DNA from: an uncultured Verrucomicrobiae bacterium
Lineage (GTDB): Bacteria; Verrucomicrobiota; Verrucomicrobiia; Chthoniobacterales; JAFAMB01
Direction: 5' to 3'
DNA length: 64,000 nucleotides
NCBI GenBank assembly: GCA_963762565.1
Contig: CAVXLD010000001.1
Location: 32,001 to 96,000 of the forward strand
Position numbers and translations under genes: made by a program. Below are positions 24,282 to 34,206 of this stretch, piece after piece. The notes under the pieces are model-generated. The model made no database searches and was not told where the DNA came from. It saw only the letters and a program-made list of their open reading frames with translations. Position 1 is the stretch's first letter. Each line of letters opens with the position of its first letter.

Positions 24282-25223
24282 GTGGAGCTCAGGCATCTAA
24301 AGTACTTCGTCGCCGTAGCTGAGGAATTGAATTTTGGCCGAGCCGCTCGCCGTGTCCATATCGCTCAACCGTCGTTATCCAAACAAATAAAACAACTCGA
24401 ACTAGAGTTAGGATTTCCGTTGTTTTACCGCACTAAGAAAAAGGTTGAGCTTTTAGAGGCGGGCTACGTCTTGCTCGATGAAGCGCAGCGGCTCCTGCGC
24501 CAGGCCGATAAAGCAATCCAGAGCACGCAAAGGGCACATGCCGGCCAAAGCGGAATTTTGACGATCGGCTTTAGCTCTTCCGCTGTACCAGAGGTTCTGC
24601 CCAGGATCCTGCGAAAATATCACGCTTTGTATCCCAGGGTCGTGGTCGATGTCCTGGAAACCATTACCATCAAACATGCGGAATCGTTACTCGAGAGCAC
24701 GATGAGTGTTGCCTTGATCCGATCGCCTACTTTTTTAAGCCGCGAGCAATTTTGTTTCGAGACCATCCAGCGCGAGCGTTTCGTGGTGGCCTTGCCAGAT
24801 TCACATCCGGCAGCAAACCAAGAGAGTATCCGGATCAAAACATTAGCGAATGAACCTTTGATTGTACCCCCTCGTCAGCCTGGATGGGGATACGCCGACT
24901 CTATTTTCCAGATTTTCCGGGACAATGGAATTGCGCCTCAGGTCGAAGAAGAAGCCAGCGGCGCTCTGGCGGTCATCACTTTGGTAGCGGGCGGGTTCGG
25001 CGTTGCCCTGGTTCCTGTTTCGCTCAGCAATTTACGTTTACCAGGAGTGACTTATCGGCCGATCAAAGGACAATGCCGGACCAGTGACCTGACCTTGGTC
25101 TGGAGACGTGACAGCCGCGTCTCGACGGTTCGAGGTTTTCTTGAGGTTGTTAGAAGAGAGTACCCCGGCGATCGCAGGCGAAACGGCGAAAGGGCGACGG
25201 GGCGAACCGGCGAAGGACTTTAG
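24282..25223 (+). CDS. LysR-family regulator
   Basis: ELRHLKYFVAVAEELNFGRAA..AQPSLSKQIKQLE; substrate domain LVAGGFGVALVP. Confidence 0.93.
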   Translation: MELRHLKYFVAVAEELNFGRAARRVHIAQPSLSKQIKQLELELGFPLFYRTKKKVELLEAGYVLLDEAQRLLRQADKAIQSTQRAHAGQSGILTIGFSSSAVPEVLPRILRKYHALYPRVVVDVLETITIKHAESLLESTMSVALIRSPTFLSREQFCFETIQRERFVVALPDSHPAANQESIRIKTLANEPLIVPPRQPGWGYADSIFQIFRDNGIAPQVEEEASGALAVITLVAGGFGVALVPVSLSNLRLPGVTYRPIKGQCRTSDLTLVWRRDSRVSTVRGFLEVVRREYPGDRRRNGERATGRTGEGL

Positions 25224-25276
25224 CCGCTTCACGGCCCGCTCGTCGTTCCTGAACTCCTGCAACTCCTCGAACTCCT

Positions 25277-25579
25277 TTGAATAATATTTACGTCCAAATA
25301 ACCGCCACCTCGCACGCCTCCGGGCGCTCCAAATCGGTGGTGGTATTAGTCCCTCGAAACGCGATCGAAGAATACAAATCGAGGCATCACTCTACTAAAG
25401 GCGACGATGAGTCGGTTGCTACACGATTGGCTGAACCGTTGGCGAGCTATGTCTTCACGCATCGCTCCACTTTCGGCAGGTTCCGAGTAGCGCTTTCGTT
25501 CACGACCGAGCCTCCGCCTGAGATTGAGCAGGAAGCTCCCGAACTTACCCGAGGAGACTTGAAAGCATGGTTAGTGTAA
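25277..25579 (+). CDS. Hypothetical protein
   Basis: 100 aa ORF filling the gap between repeats; no motif recognised. Confidence 0.5.
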   Translation: MNNIYVQITATSHASGRSKSVVVLVPRNAIEEYKSRHHSTKGDDESVATRLAEPLASYVFTHRSTFGRFRVALSFTTEPPPEIEQEAPELTRGDLKAWLV

Positions 25580-25682
25580 TCAACGAGCGAAAGCGAAAGA
25601 GAACGAGCGAGAACGGCAAGACACGGTTTAATAGCTGTACCGTTCTCGATGGTACCTGCTCGTGCTTGCTGGTTCTCAGTCG

Positions 25683-26081
25683 TTAGACACCTGAATGAAT
25701 GCTACGAATCAGCCGGTCGATGCTCAGCTCATAGTCGCGCCGCCAGCGTACAAACCTGATCCGCTGTACGACCAGGTAAATCTCGAAGGCCACTTCGAAA
25801 AGTAGAATACTCAGCTCGGTAACTCGTTTCGGCATCGAAGTTCCCGGCCAGTTAACCAACGCGATGACCGCAGACACGATAACACATGACGTCACAATCG
25901 ACAGCGCGACGCTGTCAGGAAACATCATCTTAGGCCTGCGCAACCAGAACCACATGGCTCGTGAAAGCTCCCCATCGCTTGCTTCGACCAAATTGAGTTT
26001 GGTTAGTTCAGATAACAGAAAGGGGGGTGACTCTTCGTACTTCCAAACCGGTTCCGTGGTAAGGTCTCTCCATATCGTCAA
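25683..26081 (-). CDS. Hypothetical two-TM membrane protein (paralog of 30100-30468)
   Basis: RAMWFWLRRP, two hydrophobic segments, RFVRWRRDY. Confidence 0.65.
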   Translation of the reverse strand: MTIWRDLTTEPVWKYEESPPFLLSELTKLNLVEASDGELSRAMWFWLRRPKMMFPDSVALSIVTSCVIVSAVIALVNWPGTSMPKRVTELSILLFEVAFEIYLVVQRIRFVRWRRDYELSIDRLIRSIHSGV

Positions 26082-26126
26082 GAGACTGTCGTTTCGAACT
26101 TCTGCATGGGCATTCGGGTGAACGAA

Positions 26127-27251
26127 CTAACATTGCGCGTCCTCTGCGCTGGCTGGGCGTTTCAAACCCAGCTTTTCCATGCGGGAGATCAATGTCGTAG
26201 GCTTCACTCCTAGAAGCTCAGCCGCAGCGTTAGCTCCTTTGATTTTCCAACCGGTCTTCCGCAGAATTGCCAAAATGTTCTCTCGCTCGAGGCGACGTAT
26301 TTCTGTCTCGGTGAAATACTCAGGTTCGGGTGCGTCTGTGTCTTCCCATTTAGGAGGAGGCGCACTGGCTAGCGTTTCCGGCAGGTCAAACATCAGAGCA
26401 TCGCCTTGAGCAATGATTGCGCTTCGTTCGATAACGTTTCGCAGCTCTCTAACATTACCTGGCCAGCTATAGTCCTGCAAAGCTTTGATGCCCGCTGCGG
26501 TCAGTCTAGGTCTTCGGCACCCGAGTTCTTTCACGGCCAACTCGACAAACTGCGCGGCAAGCAGTGGAATGTCTTCCTTTCGCTCGCGCAGCGGGGCCGT
26601 CTCGATAGGAAAGATATTTAATCGATAGTACAGATCGTCTCGGAAACGACCGGCTGCGACCTCATTTTTGAGATCCCGGTTAGTTGCGGCGATGATTCGC
26701 ACATCCGCTCGCCGCGTTGTGTCTTCTCCCACTCTTTCGTAAGATTTCTCCTGTAGGACCCGCAGCAGTTTTCCCTGCAGTTTCAATGGGATCTCACCGA
26801 TCTCGTCTAGGAACAGGGTTCCCCCAGCTGCGGCTTCAAAGCGGCCCACCCGATCCCTGATCGCGCTCGTAAACGATCCTTTTGCATGACCAAACAACTC
26901 ACTTTCATACAATTCTGCGGGAATACAGGCGCAATTCACTCGAACCAACGGTTTATCTTTTCGCCGGCTCAGCCGATGAAGTTCCCGTGCGACCAACTCT
27001 TTTCCAGTACCGGTCTCGCCCAAAATTAAGACGGTCCCATCGGTCGGCGCTACGATCTCGATTTGTCGAATGAGTTGTCGCCAAACCCTGCTTTGACCAA
27101 TGATTTCGCCAGTTGCTTGTTTCGCAGAGCGAAGACTAACGTTCTGCGGACCGAGAGTTCTTGCATCGGTTTCTGCTTGATCCGAGTGGAAGAGGAATCG
27201 GTCAGTAAAAGTGCCTTCGTTGGTCATATGAAGTATCTCCTGTTTGTTCAT
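26127..27251 (-). CDS. Sigma54-interaction (bEBP) regulator lacking an N-terminal sensory domain; FhlA-like C-terminus
   Basis: [54 protein letters not shown]. Confidence 0.9.
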   Translation of the reverse strand: MNKQEILHMTNEGTFTDRFLFHSDQAETDARTLGPQNVSLRSAKQATGEIIGQSRVWRQLIRQIEIVAPTDGTVLILGETGTGKELVARELHRLSRRKDKPLVRVNCACIPAELYESELFGHAKGSFTSAIRDRVGRFEAAAGGTLFLDEIGEIPLKLQGKLLRVLQEKSYERVGEDTTRRADVRIIAATNRDLKNEVAAGRFRDDLYYRLNIFPIETAPLRERKEDIPLLAAQFVELAVKELGCRRPRLTAAGIKALQDYSWPGNVRELRNVIERSAIIAQGDALMFDLPETLASAPPPKWEDTDAPEPEYFTETEIRRLERENILAILRKTGWKIKGANAAAELLGVKPTTLISRMEKLGLKRPASAEDAQC

Positions 27252-27310
27252 GAAAAGGGGTTAAACGAGTCGCTTTGCTGCGACTTGGTTTGAGGGGCGG
27301 ACGTTGCTTA

Positions 27311-27326
27311 AGCAACCGAGATGCCA
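27311..27326 (-). promoter_or_regulatory. Sigma54 -24/-12 promoter
   Basis: Minus strand TGGCATCTCGGTTGCT matches TGGCAC-N5-TTGCW, about 60 nt upstream of the bEBP start. Confidence 0.7.
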
Positions 27327-27504
27327 CGCGCTGACAGCGCGTTTTTAAAAGGTGTTCTGCCTGGGAAGCCAGGTTGATCCTCGCTTCGTATCGACTAACT
27401 GTGGTGTCCTATTTTCGGACGGTCGATTGGTGCGACCGCCCGAAATTCGGACGGCATGGGACGTTCTCAGTTCACCGGCGCGGGTCACCGTTCGCGGAGC
27501 CCCA

Positions 27505-27789
27505 CGGCCTGGAGGGGAGCCGCTTTTGTGTGTGCCTTACGACCTCGCGGTATTTGTTATATCGTGAGAGCTGACTCCAAACGTGAAAGCAAGCGGCTCC
27601 CGGGAATTACCCAGCGCGACGTTTTCACCCACCGCTTGATGGATTCGTCCTCTGCGCGACCGGTAGAACTGCACAGCGCTGGGCTATTCGCGGGAGCCGC
27701 CTGTTGAGCACACTGCTCAGCCGTGCTAATGACGGAGCAAGATCAGCCGTGGTTTTTAAGCACGCACCAAAGCGGCTCCCCTCCAGGCC
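27505..27789. repeat. Four-arm GGAGCCGC element, copy 1
   Basis: 21 bp perfect terminal IR ggcctggaggggagccgcttt / aaagcggctcccctccaggcc; inner IR gcggctcccgggaattacccagcgc / gcgctgggctattcgcgggagccgc. Confidence 0.85.
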
Positions 27790-27822
27790 TTGGGCTCCGG
27801 GACCACCGTGAACTGCGAACCC

Positions 27823-29750
27823 TTAATCTCGCCCAAGACCGTATTCCTCAAGCTTTCGATAAAGCGTTGAACGCGCGATACCGAGACGTTTCGCAGCTTC
27901 GGTCAAATTACCACCGGCCTCGGCCAGGGCAGCTTCAATCGCTGCACGCTCGCTTAGCTTGAGATTCGGCGACGCAGGGGAGCTTGACTGCTCAACCGGA
28001 ACTGAAACACCGGCTTGATTTGCCTGTTGGCGAACTTCCATTGGTATGTCATCGATGCCCAGCTGGTCTGAGTTGCCTAGCAAGATCATATTCTCAACCA
28101 CGTTACGGAGTTCGCGCACATTACCTGGCCAAGAATAAAGGCGAAAAATCCGTAACACATCGTGGTCAAACCGCGGCACCAGGCGTCCGAGTCTGATCGC
28201 GGCCTTACGGGCGAAATGTTGAGTAAGCGCAACAACGTCATCGCCGCGTTCGCGCAATGGTGGAATTTGCAGGCGCAAAACTGCGATCCGATAATAAAGG
28301 TCGCGCCGGAACCGCCCAGCCTCGGCCTCAGCCAACAGATCGCGGTTCGTCATAGATACCAGCCTGACTCGCACCGGACGCCCCTCGTTGCTGCCGATGC
28401 GATACACCACGCCATCCTCTAAGACGCGCAAAAGAAACGGTTGATGTTCGAGCGGCATCTCTCCGATCTCGTCCAGGCACAGCAGACCTCCATCAGCCGC
28501 CTCGATCTTGCCGGCCTGCCCCTGTTCTCTAGCCCCTGTAAAGGCACCTTTGGAGTAACCGAAGAGCTCGCTTCCAAACAGGTCTCGGGGTATGCCTCCG
28601 CAATTGACCGGTAAAAACGGACCGGAAGAGGTCGGACCCCCGCTATGGATAGCGCGGGCAAAAAGCTCCTTACCGACCCCAGTCTCTCCTTCGATAAGAA
28701 CCGGGGCGCCGGTGAGCGCGATTTTGCGGGCGCGCTCTTTAACCTCTTGCATAACCGCGCTGTCTCCAAAGATCTCGCCGAAATCGAGTAGCCGCTCTGT
28801 CAACGGTCGTTCTACTGTAGAGACCGTCGGCCGCCGCCTGTTGTGTAAGACTATGAGGGCGCCAATATGGCGGTTCTGATCGATCACGGCCTCCGTGCTG
28901 GCGCTTGGGAGCATTTCTTGCAACGCTGATGCCCATCCGGCTGCAGGTATACCTTTAAGAGAATTGATCCGTCCGCTGGATGCCAAGCCGGGATGATGCC
29001 GCTCAAGACTGTGTAATGCGCTTTCTCCTCCGTAAACTATCCTCCCGCGATGGTCGATCGCGACCACTTGTTCATTCGCCCACAGTGAACGCTTCTGCAG
29101 AAAGTTGCGTAGTAACCTCTCGTGTTCGTGGTTGATCGATTGCGCGATTGATCCCTCAATTTGGTGCCGAATGGCTACCGCAAAAGCAAGACTCTGAGGG
29201 TGAAATTCTCGCGCGGGTCCGGAGATATCAATCACGCCCAAAGGGTCGCCGTCTTCCGGATGCCAGATTGGCGTAGCCGCACAAGTCCAAACGCGAACGT
29301 CATTGCAGAAATGTTCGGCTCCCAGGATTTGCACCGGTTCCAACGATGCGATGGCTGTTCCAATGGCGTTTGTTCCAATGTCAGCCTCCGTCCAAAGGCT
29401 GCCCTGTTCAAGGTGAACAAGATGGCCAAAATCGATCGTGCGCGGGTCCCCGGCGTCTCGAGAACGAGGCCGGATGGATCCGTGAGAATCATCATCGAGT
29501 TCGCCTCGGCCAGAAAGAGGCGAGCTTGTCTCAGGGCGGGCCGAGCCGCTTCCACTAAACCCGAATGAGTGGAATGTCGCTCAACAAGTTCGGTCCCCAA
29601 CACCAGCGGCGCACTCTCGCGCTCGATAGGCACCCCATGATCTTGAGAACGCTGCCATGAGGAAACCACCACCGCCCTTACCGTCGAAGGTGTGGTACCA
29701 TCCTCAACAAACCCTTCCCTCGCCTTGCGGATTTCCTTCTCATTTGTCAT
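27823..29750 (-). CDS. AcoR-like GAF-sigma54-Fis transcriptional activator (frameshifts near 29340-29450)
   Basis: SWQRSQDHGV, IGTNAIGTA, GAEHFC..WTCAATPI, GETGVGKE, KGAFTGA, Fis HTH GIARSTLYRKL. Confidence 0.88.
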
Positions 29751-29867
29751 GGGGAACCAATTTTGGAGCTTGCTTCACCTAAGGACCAACCATTCAGCAC
29801 TCGAGAGATCCTCCCTGAAGCCTCTTACCTGACAAGAGTTCGGATGAACTTCAAGCAGAGAGTAAGT

Positions 29868-30045
29868 TGTGGAGCGCGCCTCGCTTGCGAGGCCGACCTT
29901 GAGTGCGTGGCAACATTGAGCGTCGGGCTACGGCGGACAGGCTGTCGTCGAATTCGGCCAAACGGAGTGATGCCCACCCGCATCGCTACGCGAAGCGTTG
30001 CGGGCGGGGAGTACTGGAGTGTTGGAGTGCTGCACCTAGTCCGAA
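29868..30045. repeat. Dispersed ~150 bp repeat (inverted homolog at about 4200-4349) carrying a 36 bp hairpin insertion
   Basis: ttgtggagcgcgcctcgcttgcgaggccga..cggacagg..tcgaat..ggagt octamers align with the reverse complement of 4200-4349. Confidence 0.8.
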
Positions 30046-30099
30046 TTGCCTCGCCCTGGTAATTCGGGACGACGGAGGAAGTCTGCTTGTGGCGAGATT

Positions 30100-30468
30100 T
30101 CAACGGCTTAGCCGGGCGACCGCCCGCAGATAATCCTTCTTCCAGCGTCGGTATCGTCTCTCCCTGAAATAGAAGACCCCTACGACCCAGATAACAAAAA
30201 GGATGTAAATCGAATGGAACAGGCAGAATAGCAGCGGAGAGCCTAGGATCAGAAAGGGTGTGTGGGCAATGGCTCCAACCCCGAGCAGCAACCCGTAAAC
30301 CAAGAAATTCATTCCGCGTGGACGCCGCTGCCAAAGCCACCAAGCACGTTGCCTCTCTTCTTCGGTCACCAAGGCCTTGTCAGCTGGCTTTTGCCGAAGA
30401 ATAGCATCCGGATCCAGGTCCGGGAAACCGTGGAAAGTCCAGGAATTCGAATCCGAGAATTTTGCCAT
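30100..30468 (-). CDS. Hypothetical two-TM membrane protein (paralog of 25683-26081)
   Basis: RAWWLWQRRP, hydrophobic core, RRYRRWKKDY. Confidence 0.7.
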   Translation of the reverse strand: MAKFSDSNSWTFHGFPDLDPDAILRQKPADKALVTEEERQRAWWLWQRRPRGMNFLVYGLLLGVGAIAHTPFLILGSPLLFCLFHSIYILFVIWVVGVFYFRERRYRRWKKDYLRAVARLSR

Positions 30469-30669
30469 TACTTGAGCTCCAACCAGACAGAAATCTCACG
30501 CAAAGGCGCAAAGACGCAAAGGAAAGACAGAAATAGATTCACAACAAGCTCATCAAGCGTTTCGTTCTCCCGACTTCGCTGGCTAGCAGGGCTTGCAGCT
30601 TACAGACCGCAAGCTACGTCGGGCAGGCTGTCCTGGTAACGAATTCGACCCGGTGAGGTGACGTCGATT

Positions 30670-31056
30670 TTGCGGACAGGTGTTCGCACAACCGAGTCGG
30701 AGGGGCGTTGCATTCCGTGTGGCAGTTCATGCGAACGTCGACGCCTGGGAGCGTCGCAGTTATGGCGTTCAGCTAGACGCGACGCCCCGAGGACCGAGCA
30801 CGCATTCAATCCCTTAGGCGCTGAACAACCCATGGTGTGCCGTGTGCATCAAAACTGGCTGCGGATGTTGTCATTAACGCGCATTGCGTCTCCTAAGGGC
30901 CCCCTCACCCCCAATATGTTGAACACGCCATAGGTACCGGGGCGTCGCATCTCTCCAAGCGTCACAACTGCCAGGCATTTCGCGCGTCGAGAGCCGTTGG
31001 AGCTGCTGCGCGGAATGCAACGCCCCTCCGACTCGGCGCTGCAAACACTTGTCCAC
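30670..31056. repeat. Long imperfect inverted repeat (arms about 150 bp)
   Basis: Perfect 26 bp core ccgagtcggaggggcgttgcattccg (30692-30717) / cggaatgcaacgcccctccgactcgg (31011-31036); similarity extends on both sides. Confidence 0.85.
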
Positions 31057-31126
31057 ATTTTCGACTCCACATCACTGCGCACTTTCGAGAACGAGGACGA
31101 CGACGAGGACGAGAACGAGCGCCGGG

Positions 31127-31720
31127 CTACGCCCGGCGGTGCCGGCGAGCGAAGGTTCTGCTTTTAGCCCGATTCCCACAAAAGTTCATCGAACACCAGC
31201 GGCGTTTACCGGGCCGGGATTCGTCGACGAATAACCCTCGACAGGTCGGGTCGGCGCACAGTTTGATTCGCACCGGAGGGGTTCGGGTTAGCAGGTCGAT
31301 CGCATCTCTTGCAATAGTGGCAAGCACTGGGGATAGGGTTCGCTCGCTTCTCCAATCTGCTGAGCGGCCATCGGGAGTCAGCTCCGGCACTAAAGTGCCT
31401 CGAGCCGCCCAGGAATTGATCGTGGCAACATCTTCCGACGAGGGTTTGCGCGATTGGCGCACGGCACAAGCTGCCCGATAAATTGCTTCTCGCAGGAGGC
31501 GCAGCGAAGCCAATTCGGGCGCCGAAATTCTAGCTGAAGCCGGCAAGAATCTGGCTTCCGCGCACCAGCGAACAAGGCTTTCCAAATCGGAAACCCGCTC
31601 CACCGGCTGCTCGGTTCCTCGATCCCCCAAAGTGGCGACTAAAGCGATACAAGGTCTGCGGCTGCCCAATCGAAATTGCATTGAACGGGGCCGGCCGGGC
31701 CTGATTTTGGGCTCACTCAT
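31127..31720 (-). CDS. CGNR zinc-finger / ABATE domain regulator
   Basis: IKLCADPTCRGLFVDESRPGKRRWCSMNFCGNRAK. Confidence 0.92.
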   Translation of the reverse strand: MSEPKIRPGRPRSMQFRLGSRRPCIALVATLGDRGTEQPVERVSDLESLVRWCAEARFLPASARISAPELASLRLLREAIYRAACAVRQSRKPSSEDVATINSWAARGTLVPELTPDGRSADWRSERTLSPVLATIARDAIDLLTRTPPVRIKLCADPTCRGLFVDESRPGKRRWCSMNFCGNRAKSRTFARRHRRA

Positions 31721-31722
31721 AA

Positions 31723-31780
31723 AAACCAGTATAAGCGGTTGACAACAAATTGCCAGTGAACTAACCACTATAAACGGTTA
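31723..31780. promoter_or_regulatory. Two AACC-N9-GGTT boxes, probable CGNR operators
   Basis: aaccagtataagcggtt (31724-31740) and aaccactataaacggtt (31763-31779) in the divergent intergenic region. Confidence 0.6.
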
Positions 31781-31787
31781 TAATAAT

Positions 31788-32681
31788 ATGAGTATCCAGC
31801 CTGATTTTGTTAACCTTTCCGACCCTGCTTCAGGAGCTCTCCAGCACGCTCATGCGGTCGCTGACGGCCTTCGTTTCCATTACCTGCATCAGGGCGCCGG
31901 GTTCCCAGTGATTCTGCTCTCAGGTTTCCCGGAGAGCAGTTACGCCTGGCGCAAAGTGATCCCCGGACTAGCCGGCGATCATCGCGTAATCGCCCCAGAT
32001 CTACCCGGCCAAGGTGATTCAGATCGTCCCGCCGATGGCTATGACACTTCGACGGTCGCGAAACGACTCGATCTCTTCCTGGCAGAGCTCGGAGTTGACC
32101 GTTTCCATCTAGTTGGACACGACGTGGGCGCCTGGGTAGCGTTTACTTACGCTGCCACCTTCCGATCTAAAATCGAGACTCTTACATTGATCGATGCCGG
32201 CATCCCCGGAGTCAGTCTTCGGCCTCAGATCGGACTACAAGAGGCACGTAATCGCTGGCATTTTCTGTTTCAGCAAATCCCGGAGTTAGCGGAATCCTTG
32301 GTTGCCGGGCGCGAGCAAGCGTATATCACATGGTTCTTCCGAAGTAAGACGGCGCGCGCCAATGCCTTCACTGACGAAGATGTCAATGAGTATACCCGAG
32401 TCTATTCTGCCCCGGGAGCCATGGCAGCCAGCTTCAAATTCTACGAGGCCGTTCCGGAGTCGATGGAACAGAACCGGGCCCTGGCCGAAAAGAAGTTCTC
32501 TTTCCCAGTTCTAGCCATCGGAGGGGAAAAAGGTTCCACTCCAAAAATCGGTGATGATCTCCGCCCTATCGCGCCAAACACTCGCGGCGTCGTGTTTCCC
32601 TGCGGTCATTTCGTCCCGGAAGAGGAGCCGGACCGATTGGTGCGAGAGTTAAAGACGTTCTTCAGAGCGGCAGGCCGGTAA
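31788..32681 (+). CDS. Alpha/beta hydrolase (epoxide hydrolase-like)
   Basis: LSGFPES..W, APDLPGQGDS, nucleophile VGHDVGA, GHFVPEE. Confidence 0.9.
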   Translation: MSIQPDFVNLSDPASGALQHAHAVADGLRFHYLHQGAGFPVILLSGFPESSYAWRKVIPGLAGDHRVIAPDLPGQGDSDRPADGYDTSTVAKRLDLFLAELGVDRFHLVGHDVGAWVAFTYAATFRSKIETLTLIDAGIPGVSLRPQIGLQEARNRWHFLFQQIPELAESLVAGREQAYITWFFRSKTARANAFTDEDVNEYTRVYSAPGAMAASFKFYEAVPESMEQNRALAEKKFSFPVLAIGGEKGSTPKIGDDLRPIAPNTRGVVFPCGHFVPEEEPDRLVRELKTFFRAAGR

Positions 32682-32688
32682 CGAGGAC

Positions 32689-32922
32689 CGGTAGGGCGAA
32701 AAACTCGGCGCGCCGGGGACTCTGATTGCTCTATGGTTTGTCCGCGCCGGTTTTGAGCCGCGCCGTGGACTTGGTAGCTCTCGAAATTTCTAACTACCCG
32801 GAAGCCCAGAATAGATGCACGCGGAGGGCGAGAATATCCGCACGCCGCGGCTCAAAACCGGCGCGATCTAGCCGAGAGGTCTAGGGAGTACCGTTGGGCG
32901 CGCCGAGTTTTTCGCCCTACCG
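32689..32922. repeat. GTAG-type nested four-arm REP element
   Basis: Perfect 26 bp outer IR cggtagggcgaaaaactcggcgcgcc; perfect 20 bp inner IR cgcgccggttttgagccgcg (32743-32762 / 32846-32865). Confidence 0.88.
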
Positions 32923-32945
32923 TCTTTTTGTGCAACTATAGCGAG

Positions 32946-33905
32946 ATGAGAACGCGCCCCATCCCGCACACAAATCTTAATGCGTCGGTGCTTTGCCTCG
33001 GCACCGCCGAGTTTGGTTCGGCGGTCGACGAATCGACCTCTGAAAAAATCCTCGAGACGTATCTTGATGCCGGCGGAAACGTGTTAGACACCGCGGAGAT
33101 TTACGCCGCGTGGCTCCCTAACGGTGAACATCGGAGCGAGACCTTTCTCGGTAACTGGTTGCGAAAAAACAAAAACCGGGACCAACTGATTATTTCGACA
33201 AAAGGCGCACACCCGCGACTCGAAAGCATGGACAAACCCCGCATGTCCAAGGCGGTCGTAGAATCCGATCTAAATTCAAGTCTGGAGCGCCTCGGGATTG
33301 ATTGCGCCGACATTTACTGGTTGCACCGCGATGATCCGAGTACGCCAGCCGAGGAGGTCATCTCGATGCTGGAAGACTTTCGAAAAGCAGGAAAGATCCG
33401 GTACAGCGGGTTGTCCAACTGGACACAACCTCGTGCGGAAGCGGCTAGAGAGGCGGCCGAAAAGGTTGGTGCGGAGACTTTCATCGGAGTCCAGAATCAG
33501 TGGTGCTTAGCCAAAGCGGATGCGTCTAAAGGGGATCCAACCTGGGCTTATACCGATGATTCTTTTGCTAAATGGCATGCCCGTTATGACATCGCCGCGT
33601 TCCCGTATACGACTCAAGCAAATGGATATTTCCGACGGCTGGAAAACGGCACGCTCGATCAGGCTCCCGAATTGGTGAGGGCGCTGTTTGACAGTCCAGA
33701 AAACCGGGAGCGCTATAAGCGGGTCAAAACGCTTGAAGCTGAGACCGGGCTAGATCTCGGAGTAATCGTATTGGGGTATCTGCTCGGCCAACCATTCCCG
33801 GCCTTTCCGATCATAGGACCAAAGAGGAGTGCTGATCTCCTCGATTCACTCGAAGCGACGAAAGCAGAACTTAGCCCGGAAAACATCGCGTTCCTGACCG
33901 CTTGA
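32946..33905 (+). CDS. Aldo/keto reductase
   Basis: LCLGT, GGNVLDTAEIY, ISTKGAHP, DIYWLHRDD, GKIRYSGLSNW. Confidence 0.92.
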   Translation: MRTRPIPHTNLNASVLCLGTAEFGSAVDESTSEKILETYLDAGGNVLDTAEIYAAWLPNGEHRSETFLGNWLRKNKNRDQLIISTKGAHPRLESMDKPRMSKAVVESDLNSSLERLGIDCADIYWLHRDDPSTPAEEVISMLEDFRKAGKIRYSGLSNWTQPRAEAAREAAEKVGAETFIGVQNQWCLAKADASKGDPTWAYTDDSFAKWHARYDIAAFPYTTQANGYFRRLENGTLDQAPELVRALFDSPENRERYKRVKTLEAETGLDLGVIVLGYLLGQPFPAFPIIGPKRSADLLDSLEATKAELSPENIAFLTA

Positions 33906-34029
33906 AAGTGAGAGGTGAGAAGTGAGAAGTGAGAGGTAATTGGTAAGAGGCGAATAGTTGCGGCTGAAGCTCAAAGCTGGTGGGGCGAGGCTCCTGAAAG
34001 ACCCAAAGGCAGCACCAAGGTTTGGATGC

Positions 34030-34165
34030 GCCGACGCCCCGACGTGACACTAGGCCGGAAATTGCGCCGAGCCGCTGGTCTATAGTGTGGCTAGGCGGTG
34101 AGGCGTGGCACATCATGGGAGACGGCTCGGCAAACTTCCTGGCCTAACATCGCTCCGGACGTCGG
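34030..34165. repeat. Imperfect ~43 bp inverted repeat
   Basis: ccgacg..taggccggaaattgcgccgagccg pairs with cggctcggcaaacttcctggccta..cgtcgg. Confidence 0.65.
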
Positions 34166-34206
34166 ATCATCTTATCCCTCCGATTAACGCTGTAAGCCGT
34201 TCGGAG

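Noticed and set aside
27505..27789. GGAGCCGC repeat-spacer pattern as a CRISPR array
   Set aside because: Repeats alternate in orientation, there are only four arms, spacers are long and homologous between copies, and there are no cas genes
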